Shown here: in pieces, positions 1-5,073 of the stretch
How the letters are laid out: every line of letters starts with the position of its first letter
Position numbering within the stretch: position 1 is the stretch's first letter
Sequence record: NC_007824.1
Length of the DNA: 6,051 nt
Direction: 5' to 3' (one strand)
Source: Escherichia phage ID62
Notes under the pieces: model-generated
The model's database searches: none
What the model was told of the DNA's origin: nothing
Seen by the model: only the letters and a program-made list of their open reading frames with translations
Position numbers and translations under genes: made by a program

Positions 1-25
1 TTGTTGACATTCCCTAAACCCTTAT

Positions 26-65
26 GAGACTCTTGCTTCAACGAAATGAAGTTGGAGTCTTTTTT
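26..65 (+). terminator. Imperfect 14-bp stem-loop followed by a T6 run, immediately downstream of the H stop; candidate post-H terminator and/or translational control element
   Basis: Pairs 26-32 with 55-61 (GAGACTC/GAGTCTT, one G-U) and 35-40 with 47-52 (GCTTCA/TGAAGT, one G-U), with T33-G54 as a further wobble, T34/T53 mismatch and 6-nt loop 41-46; TTTTTT at 60-65. phiX174 is known to have a weak terminator after H. Stem is AT-rich, so the call is tentative. Confidence 0.35.
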
Positions 66-434
66 ATGAAACCTGCTCACCGCCTTACTCACCCTGTTCT
101 TGGTTCATGGTTGTTTAAGTGCCCCGTCTATGTTCGTTATGAGTCTGTTCACAATGGTCGCCTTATCAAGGTTCGCGCTGTTCGTGATTTGTCTCCTCGC
201 CAGCAACTGATTGCTAACCCTAAAAATTGTTTTGACGTTGTCATTGTTGAGATTGACTTCACTTATTGCTCTGTTACCTATTTTGATTATGAGGCTGAGG
301 AATATGCTGAGTGTGGCCCAGAGACTATGGATAGCATCATTGCTTATATTAACGCTCCTCACTCCCTTCGCTCTGAGGAGGATTTATCCGTTGATGTTGA
401 TGATATGGAATGGCTCTATGAAATTGCGGAGTAA
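66..434 (+). CDS. Hypothetical protein, 122 aa, basic N-terminal half and strongly acidic C-terminal tail (H-A intergenic ORF 1)
   Basis: ATG at 66 preceded by GGAG (54-57) at 8-nt spacing; open to TAA at 432-434; codon third positions strongly T-biased (gtt, cgt, gct, cct, ctt), as in the canonical genes here. The ORF track starts it at ATG 24, which has no SD. No similarity to any phiX174 protein that I recognise. Confidence 0.5.
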   Translation: MKPAHRLTHPVLGSWLFKCPVYVRYESVHNGRLIKVRAVRDLSPRQQLIANPKNCFDVVIVEIDFTYCSVTYFDYEAEEYAECGPETMDSIIAYINAPHSLRSEEDLSVDVDDMEWLYEIAE

Positions 435-437
435 ATC

Positions 438-527
438 ATGGAAACTGTTATCGGAAAATTTATTGCTCTGGCTGTTGTTGCTCTTATGCTGTATGGAATT
501 TCCCGTTTGATTCGGAGGTTCCCGTGA
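438..527 (+). CDS. Small hydrophobic peptide, 29 aa (METVIGKFIALAVVALMLYGISRLIRRFP), predicted single transmembrane helix with basic C-terminus (H-A intergenic ORF 2)
   Basis: ATG at 438 with GGAG (428-431) 6 nt upstream, starting 3 nt after the ORF 1 stop; TGA at 525-527. Hydrophobic core FIALAVVALMLYGI followed by RLIRRFP. Below the length cut-off of the supplied ORF track. Confidence 0.4.
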   Translation: METVIGKFIALAVVALMLYGISRLIRRFP

Positions 528-700
528 AATATTTTAGTTTGGTTGATGAACATTATGCTTATTGCCTTGATACAAGGATTTTGCATATCACTCGCAGTCG
601 TGTTTCTGACCCTCGGTATGAGCGTCGCTTTCTTACTGATGAGGAGCATCTTGCACTTTTGGATTGGTTGAAAAATCGCCCAGCTTACATTAATTCTTGA
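524..700 (+). CDS. Hypothetical protein, 58 aa, GTG start (H-A intergenic ORF 3)
   Basis: GTG at 524-526 overlaps the ORF 2 stop (ccGTGA, 4-nt overlap typical of translational coupling); GGAGG at 514-518 with 5-nt spacing; TGA at 698-700; T-ending codons throughout. Translation MKYFSLVDEHYAYCLDTRILHITRSRVSDPRYERRFLTDEEHLALLDWLKNRPAYINS. Start codon choice is uncertain. Confidence 0.45.
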   Translation: MKYFSLVDEHYAYCLDTRILHITRSRVSDPRYERRFLTDEEHLALLDWLKNRPAYINS

Positions 701-726
701 CAGACCTTTAAAATACCCTCTATATT
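697..726 (+). promoter_or_regulatory. Candidate sigma70 promoter for gene A (pA-like)
   Basis: Consensus -35 TTGACA at 697-702, 18-nt spacer, -10 TATATT at 721-726; about 34 nt upstream of the gene A ATG; phiX174 has a promoter at the equivalent position. Confidence 0.5.
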
Positions 727-759
727 GCTCTCATAGTTTCACTATGAGGGCTTTTTCGC

Positions 760-2244
760 ATGGCTACTGAAATTTTCTCTGATGTTGTAAAGGCTGTTTG
801 GTCGCATGCTACGGCTAAGCACGCTCATCTTCGTATGGCTGTTCAGGTTGATAATCGTAGCCGTCTTCTTTCTGACCTCGTTTATCAGTTGGAAAAACGC
901 CTTTCTGAAGAGACTCATTTGGATGATGAGACTCTTGCCGTTTATGAATTTCAGACTGCCCTTCTGGAAGACCATATGGCACTGGTTCGGAAGTGTGCTG
1001 CTCAACTTGATAATAGTAACACTATAGACCACCGTACCCCTTTGGATGCCGAATGTGTTTTTCTGTTTGAAATGATTTGTCCGGGTGTTCGCTACGGTAA
1101 AACGTTGAATTCTCTTTGGACTAAGTATGTTGTTCAATGGCCTGAGAAGTTAATCCGTCAGGAGTTGGACATGGTCAAGCCTTTATCTTTTAAAGATGAG
1201 GTTGCTAAGTACATGGAGAAAATGCAGGAAAAAACACGCAAAAATCGCATGACTCAGAAGGTGATTAATGAGATGCGTATTGCTCACCAAAAGGGCTGGT
1301 TCTTTGTATTTGATACGTTGACTCTTGCTGATGACCGTTTGCAGGCTTTTAATGAAAACCCTAATGCTCTTCGTGATTATTTTAGGACTGTTGGTCGAGC
1401 TGTTTTGCGCGCTGAAGGTCGTTCGGTTAAGGATTCCTACAACGACTGCTATCGCTATCTTTGTGTGCCGGAGTTTGGAGGCCAGCACGGCCGTCTTCAT
1501 TGGCACGTTGTGCATATGGTGCGGACTCTTCCTTTGGGAAGTCACGACCCTAATTTCGGTCGCAAGGTACGTAATTATCGCCAGATTAACTCGTTCCGCG
1601 GTATGTGGCCTTATGGTTTCACGCAACCGATAGCTGTTCGCTATCAACATGATGCTTATTCTCGTAAAGGTTGGCTTTGGCCTGTTGACAAATTAGGAAA
1701 AGCAATGCAGAGTAAGCCGTATCAGGCGGTCGCATGGTATGTGACCAAGTATGTAGCCAAGCAATCTGACCAACGTCAGAAAGCTATTACTGAGAGACAA
1801 AAAAAATGCAAGAATCCACTCATGGCAATCTGTCTGAAAAAGGAATTCAGAGTTCGCAGCAGCCGGAAGCTCGGAATGGAGCTCCCTTCGATGGCTCACC
1901 TCAGCAACAAGGTTCTTCTGGAACTGAGCCGAATCAGCTTCGATTCCAGTCCTCTGTATCAGATAGTGAAAGAGAACGCCAAAAAGCAATTGACCTTGAA
2001 CATCGGCGCGCTGCCTTTGCACGTCATTTTGGATGTGCGCCCGGAAGTGAGAAGTATGTTGAAAAATATCCGTCGTTTGATGAAAAAGACACCCGAGTTC
2101 AATTGTCAGAGTTCTATCGCTTCAATGACGGTCACCTTAAAAAATGGGGATATTTCTGATGAAGCACGTCGATACATTATTGATGCAGGAATTACGCCTT
2201 TTGATTTGCGAGCTAAAGCGACTCAGACTTTCGGCGGTAAGTGA
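760..2244 (+). CDS. A: Replication initiation protein A (HUH rolling-circle endonuclease), 494 aa
   Basis: ATG 760 with GAGG at 747-750; contains HUH motif LHWHVV (His247/His249) and twin-tyrosine motif WYVTKYVAK (Tyr327/Tyr331); region KGWFFVFDTLTLADDRLQAF matches the phiX174 A/A* sequence from memory; contains the origin 30-mer. Confidence 0.95.
   Translation: MATEIFSDVVKAVWSHATAKHAHLRMAVQVDNRSRLLSDLVYQLEKRLSEETHLDDETLAVYEFQTALLEDHMALVRKCAAQLDNSNTIDHRTPLDAECVFLFEMICPGVRYGKTLNSLWTKYVVQWPEKLIRQELDMVKPLSFKDEVAKYMEKMQEKTRKNRMTQKVINEMRIAHQKGWFFVFDTLTLADDRLQAFNENPNALRDYFRTVGRAVLRAEGRSVKDSYNDCYRYLCVPEFGGQHGRLHWHVVHMVRTLPLGSHDPNFGRKVRNYRQINSFRGMWPYGFTQPIAVRYQHDAYSRKGWLWPVDKLGKAMQSKPYQAVAWYVTKYVAKQSDQRQKAITERQKKCKNPLMAICLKKEFRVRSSRKLGMELPSMAHLSNKVLLELSRISFDSSPLYQIVKENAKKQLTLNIGALPLHVILDVRPEVRSMLKNIRRLMKKTPEFNCQSSIASMTVTLKNGDISDEARRYIIDAGITPFDLRAKATQTFGGK
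1003..1032 (+). other. Viral (+) strand origin of rolling-circle replication, 30-mer recognised by protein A; predicted nick between G1009 and A1010
   Basis: CAACTTGATAATAGTAACACTATAGACCAC versus the phiX174 origin CAACTTGATATTAATAACACTATAGACCAC as I recall it: flanking blocks identical, differences confined to the AT-rich spacer. Confidence 0.8.
1213..2244 (+). CDS. A*: A* protein, in-frame internal initiation within gene A (about 343 aa)
   Basis: In-frame ATGs at 1213 and 1222 (MEKMQEKTRKNRMTQKVINEMRIAHQKGW) align with the phiX174 A* N-terminus (MKSRRGFAIQRLMNAMRQAHADGW) from memory; GAGG at 1198-1201 upstream. Which ATG is used cannot be decided from sequence. Confidence 0.45.
   Translation: MEKMQEKTRKNRMTQKVINEMRIAHQKGWFFVFDTLTLADDRLQAFNENPNALRDYFRTVGRAVLRAEGRSVKDSYNDCYRYLCVPEFGGQHGRLHWHVVHMVRTLPLGSHDPNFGRKVRNYRQINSFRGMWPYGFTQPIAVRYQHDAYSRKGWLWPVDKLGKAMQSKPYQAVAWYVTKYVAKQSDQRQKAITERQKKCKNPLMAICLKKEFRVRSSRKLGMELPSMAHLSNKVLLELSRISFDSSPLYQIVKENAKKQLTLNIGALPLHVILDVRPEVRSMLKNIRRLMKKTPEFNCQSSIASMTVTLKNGDISDEARRYIIDAGITPFDLRAKATQTFGGK
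1806..2159 (+). CDS. B: Internal scaffolding protein B, 117 aa, encoded inside gene A in a different frame
   Basis: C-terminal EFYRFNDGHLKKWGYF matches the phiX174 B C-terminus (AEFYRFHDAEVNTFGYF) from memory; ATG 1806, TGA 2157-2159. Confidence 0.9.
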   Translation: MQESTHGNLSEKGIQSSQQPEARNGAPFDGSPQQQGSSGTEPNQLRFQSSVSDSERERQKAIDLEHRRAAFARHFGCAPGSEKYVEKYPSFDEKDTRVQLSEFYRFNDGHLKKWGYF

Positions 2245-2320
2245 CCCGGATTTTTCTCAGGAGAAGATACATGCTGAGCTCGACTCGTTATTATGCAAGT
2301 TATCGCGCTACTTTGACTAA
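2159..2320 (+). CDS. K: Protein K, 53 aa, third-frame ORF spanning the A/C junction
   Basis: Start ATG overlaps the B stop (cTGATGaag, 2157-2161); translation MKHVDTLLMQELRLLICELKRLRLSAVSDPDFSQEKIHAELDSLLCKLSRYFD resembles phiX174 K (IKQELLLLVYELNRSGLL region); TAA at 2318-2320. An in-frame ATG at 2144 is an alternative start. Confidence 0.75.
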   Translation: MKHVDTLLMQELRLLICELKRLRLSAVSDPDFSQEKIHAELDSLLCKLSRYFD

Positions 2321-2477
2321 GCAGTTGATGTTTTTGACTAAAGCTGACTTTACCAATGATGATGAAAAATGGCTTAATGCCTTTGGTAATTTGCTTCGGC
2401 AGTGGTTTCAGATTGAAGATTGGAAAGGCAATCATAAAAAATTGCTTGACGATTTGAAAAAACGTAATTACATTTGA
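2271..2477 (+). CDS. C: Protein C (DNA maturation/packaging), 68 aa
   Basis: ATG 2271 with AGGAG at 2259-2263 (7-nt spacing); DDEKWLNAFGNLLRQWF resembles the phiX174 C region EEKWLNMLGTFVKDWF. The ORF track's GTG 2241 start overlaps the A stop and is less likely. Confidence 0.85.
   Translation: MLSSTRYYASYRATLTKQLMFLTKADFTNDDEKWLNAFGNLLRQWFQIEDWKGNHKKLLDDLKKRNYI
2446..2474 (+). promoter_or_regulatory. Candidate promoter for the D-E-J-F-G-H late transcript (pD-like)
   Basis: -35 TTGACG at 2446-2451, 17-nt spacer, -10 TACATT at 2469-2474, about 30 nt upstream of the D start; the -10 is a weak match. Confidence 0.3.
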
Positions 2478-2503
2478 GGTGTTTTCACTGAAAGGAGTTT
2501 GTT

Positions 2504-2962
2504 ATGTCTAATCTTGTTGCTACTGATGTTAACTTTGCTACCTCTGTTGCCGCTCTGAAGATGCTTCAGTCTTCTGCTGTTCTGGATATTACCGAGGAGG
2601 ATTTTGATTTTCTGACTGGTGATAAAATTTGGATTGCTACCGACCGCAACCGTGCGCGTCGTTGTGTTGAGGCTTGTGTTTATGGAACGTTGGACTTTGT
2701 GGGATACCCTCGCTTTCCTGCTCCTGTTGAGTTTATTGCTGCCGTCATTGCTTATTATGTTCATCCCGTCAATATTCAGACAGCCTGCCTCATCATGGAG
2801 GGCGCTGAGTTTACGGAAAACATTGTTAATGGCGTCGAGCGTCCGGTTAAAGCCGCTGAACTCTTCGCGTACACCTTGCGTGTTAAAGCCGGACTTAAAG
2901 AAACGGTTTTGAATGCTGAAGAGAATGCTCGCCAGAAACTTCGTGCAAGTGGAGTAATGTAA
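2504..2962 (+). CDS. D: External scaffolding protein D, 152 aa
   Basis: Long stretches match phiX174 D from memory (RARRCVEACVYGTLDFVGYPRFPAPVEFIAAVIAYYVHPVNIQTACLIMEGAEFTEN); GGAG at 2494-2497, ATG 2504. Confidence 0.97.
   Translation: MSNLVATDVNFATSVAALKMLQSSAVLDITEEDFDFLTGDKIWIATDRNRARRCVEACVYGTLDFVGYPRFPAPVEFIAAVIAYYVHPVNIQTACLIMEGAEFTENIVNGVERPVKAAELFAYTLRVKAGLKETVLNAEENARQKLRASGVM
2682..2912 (+). CDS. E: Lysis protein E, 76 aa, overlapping D in another frame
   Basis: MERWTLWDTLAFLLLLSLLLPSLLIMFIPS matches the phiX174 E transmembrane domain, including the proline at position 21; the ORF track's GTG 2619 start is upstream of the homologous Met. Confidence 0.85.
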   Translation: MERWTLWDTLAFLLLLSLLLPSLLIMFIPSIFRQPASSWRALSLRKTLLMASSVRLKPLNSSRTPCVLKPDLKKRF

Positions 2963-2963
2963 T

Positions 2964-3038
2964 ATGAAGAAAATTCGTCGTTCTCCTTCTCGTAAGAAAG
3001 GTGCTCGCCTCTGGTATGTAGGCGGTTCTCAGTTTTAA
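2964..3038 (+). CDS. J: Small basic DNA-binding/packaging protein J, 24 aa
   Basis: MKKIRRSPSRKKGARLWYVGGSQF; the C-terminus matches phiX174 J (KGARLWYVGGQQF); starts 1 nt after the D stop; shorter than the 38-aa phiX174 J. Confidence 0.9.
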   Translation: MKKIRRSPSRKKGARLWYVGGSQF

Positions 3039-3043
3039 TTGAT

Positions 3044-3057
3044 GGGGCTTCGGCCCC
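3044..3057 (+). terminator. GC-rich stem-loop with UUCG tetraloop in the J-F spacer (mRNA-stabilising or weak terminator hairpin)
   Basis: GGGGC-TTCG-GCCCC, a 5-bp G/C stem closing a cUUCGg tetraloop, followed by AAGGA and the F start; no T-run follows. Confidence 0.5.
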
Positions 3058-3072
3058 TATAAGGATTTATAA

Positions 3073-4356
3073 ATGTCTAATGTACAGACTTCCGCTGAAC
3101 GTATTCCCCATGACCTGTCTCATCTGGTTTTTGAAGCAGGTAAAATTGGTCGCTTAAAAGTTGTTTCTTGGACTCCTGTTGTTGCAGGTGATTCTTTTGA
3201 GCTTGATATGGTTGGCGCTATTCGCCTTTCTCCGCTTCGTCGCGGTCTTGCTGTTGACTCTCGCGTTGACCTGTTCACGTTCTATGTCCCTCACCGTCAT
3301 ATTTATGGTGAAGAGTGGATTCAGTTTATGAAAGATGGCGTTAATGCTAAACCTCTTGCACCTGTGACTTGTTCGCGTGGTTGGGATAGTGCTCAGTATT
3401 TAGGTACAATCCCTTCCAGTACCCTTAAGGTGCCTAAATTTCTTCATCAAGGTTATTTGAATATTTATAATAACTACTTCAAAGCTCCGTGGATGGATGA
3501 CCTGACTTACGCTAACCCGTCCAATATGGAAGGTGAAGACGTTCGTTTTGGTGTTCGTGCTTGTAACCTGAAAACTATTTGGACTGCCCCTTTGCCTCCG
3601 GGTACTGAAACTTCTCATTCTATGAAGACTGAGGCTAACTCTATCGATATTATGGGTTTACAAGCCGCTTATGCTCAATTGCATACTGAGCAGGAGCGTG
3701 ATTACTTCATGACTCGTTATCGTGATATTGTTAATGAATTTGGTGGTAGTACTTCTTATGATGCGGATAATCGTCCTTTGCTTGTTATGCATTCTGAGTT
3801 TTGGGCTTCAGGCTATGACGTCGACGGCACCGACCAAAGTTCTCTCGGTCAGTTCTCCGGACGTGTACAGCAGACCTTTAAGCATTCAGTACCGCGATTC
3901 TTCTGTCCTGAACACGGCACTATGTTCACGCTTGCACTGGTCCGCTTCCCGCCAACTCACGAAATGGAGATGCATTACTTAGTTGGTAAAGAGGATTTAA
4001 CTTATACTGATTTGGCTTGTGATCCAGCTCTGATGGCTAACCTTCCTCCTCGTGAGGTTAATATGAAGCAGTTCTTCCACTCTGGCGATGCTAATGCCAA
4101 GTTTAAGATTGCTGAAGGTCAATGGTATCGTATGCAGCCTGACCGTGTTGCGTTGCCGTATAACTATCTTGATGGCTTCCCGTTCTATAGCGCGATTCCG
4201 TCTAGTGATATTAAGCAGCGTGTTTTGGTCAATACTGACAACTACGATGAGGTTTTCCAGTCTATGCAGCTTGCTCATTGGAATATGCAGACTAAGTTCA
4301 ACTGCACGATTTATCGTAATATGCCGACCACTCGCGATTCCATTATGACTTCTTGA
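3073..4356 (+). CDS. F: Major capsid protein F, 427 aa
   Basis: Length and position after J as in phiX174; AAGGA at 3061-3065 with 7-nt spacing; sequence resembles phiX174 F from memory. Confidence 0.97.
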   Translation: MSNVQTSAERIPHDLSHLVFEAGKIGRLKVVSWTPVVAGDSFELDMVGAIRLSPLRRGLAVDSRVDLFTFYVPHRHIYGEEWIQFMKDGVNAKPLAPVTCSRGWDSAQYLGTIPSSTLKVPKFLHQGYLNIYNNYFKAPWMDDLTYANPSNMEGEDVRFGVRACNLKTIWTAPLPPGTETSHSMKTEANSIDIMGLQAAYAQLHTEQERDYFMTRYRDIVNEFGGSTSYDADNRPLLVMHSEFWASGYDVDGTDQSSLGQFSGRVQQTFKHSVPRFFCPEHGTMFTLALVRFPPTHEMEMHYLVGKEDLTYTDLACDPALMANLPPREVNMKQFFHSGDANAKFKIAEGQWYRMQPDRVALPYNYLDGFPFYSAIPSSDIKQRVLVNTDNYDEVFQSMQLAHWNMQTKFNCTIYRNMPTTRDSIMTS

Positions 4357-4362
4357 TTATGT

Positions 4363-4376
4363 GGGGCTTCGGCCCC
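4363..4376 (+). terminator. Second copy of the GGGGC-TTCG-GCCCC stem-loop, in the F-G spacer
   Basis: Identical 14-nt hairpin to 3044-3057, again followed by AAGGATTT and a start codon. Confidence 0.5.
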
Positions 4377-4392
4377 CTTTAAGGATTTGATT

Positions 4393-4938
4393 ATGTTTCA
4401 AGTTTATGTATCTAAGCATGTTGCCCCGTTCACTTCTAAGAACCGTGCCTTTTCTATTTCCCCTGCCGCTAACCCGCAGGTTGTTAACTCTGGTGAGATT
4501 GTTGCAGGTCGCTCCACTTTCCGCGTTGCGTCTTCCATTGGCGCTGCTTCTAATGGTAGTGGTTTTGCGTTTGTTCAGATGATGGACCCCAATTCTCCTG
4601 ATTCTCAGCAGGTTTTCTCTGTTGCTGCTTCGCTGTCCTTTAGTGTTGACTCGAATTACATTCCTTGTGTTGTTCGTTTTGAGAGCACTGCTGCTCAGCC
4701 TACTGGTTTTAATATTGCAACCTCTGATTTCATTCCGGTTGAGGCTTCTGCTCTTTCTCCTCGTGCGCTTAGTGTTCGCGATTGTGTCACTGTTGATGTT
4801 AAGCCTCGTGCTGAAGGCAATAATGTCTTTGTTGGTGTGGTTTTCTTCTCTGCCTCCGCTAATGCTGGTAATGTTACTGGTGTTGTTTCGATGGCTCAGG
4901 TTGACCACGAAGTTACAGCTTTGCAGCCGCTTAAATAA
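4393..4938 (+). CDS. G: Major spike protein G, 181 aa
   Basis: MFQVYVSKH... aligns with the phiX174 G N-terminus (MFQKFISKH) and ends in ATVLQPLK-like TALQPLK; AAGGA at 4381-4385 with 7-nt spacing. The ORF track start at 4387 is TTG. Confidence 0.92.
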   Translation: MFQVYVSKHVAPFTSKNRAFSISPAANPQVVNSGEIVAGRSTFRVASSIGAASNGSGFAFVQMMDPNSPDSQQVFSVAASLSFSVDSNYIPCVVRFESTAAQPTGFNIATSDFIPVEASALSPRALSVRDCVTVDVKPRAEGNNVFVGVVFFSASANAGNVTGVVSMAQVDHEVTALQPLK

Positions 4939-5073
4939 AAGGCCGCCGCACTCCCGGTTAGATGCCTGCCCAGTGTAGGGCGGACCGAGCCTTACGGAGA
5001 TACCCGATAAACTAGGAACGCGGAAGGCGTAAGCCGCCTTCCCTCCTGCTAAGCCCAAAGGAGACTTTCAGCT
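4939..5073 (+). other. Structured G-H intergenic region; candidate primase-dependent complementary (-) strand origin and/or post-G terminator
   Basis: An 8-bp perfect stem GGAAGGCG (5022-5029) / CGCCTTCC (5035-5042) with 5-nt loop, plus a second hairpin CTGCCC (4966-4971) / GGGCGG (4978-4983); 135 nt non-coding, GC-rich relative to the rest of the genome. From memory, alpha3, St-1 and phiK place their negative-strand origin between G and H. Confidence 0.4.

Noticed and set aside
4-32. Consensus TTGACA at 4-9 as a promoter for the intergenic cassette
   Set aside because: No acceptable -10 hexamer at 15-19 nt spacing (candidates AGACTC, GAGACT), so it is not called.
24-65. ATG 24 as the start of the first intergenic ORF (ORF track call 24-434)
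   Set aside because: No SD upstream of 24, whereas ATG 66 has GGAG at 8-nt spacing; 66 is preferred, though 24 cannot be excluded.
1685-1713. TTGACA at 1685-1690 as the -35 of a B-gene promoter
   Set aside because: No TATAAT-like hexamer at 16-18 nt spacing; an internal promoter for B is expected from phiX174 biology but could not be located confidently.
2241-2270. GTG 2241 start for C, and TTG 4387 start for G, as given by the ORF track
   Set aside because: The homologous N-termini and proper SD spacing point to ATG 2271 (C) and ATG 4393 (G); the upstream non-ATG codons are artefacts of longest-ORF calling.
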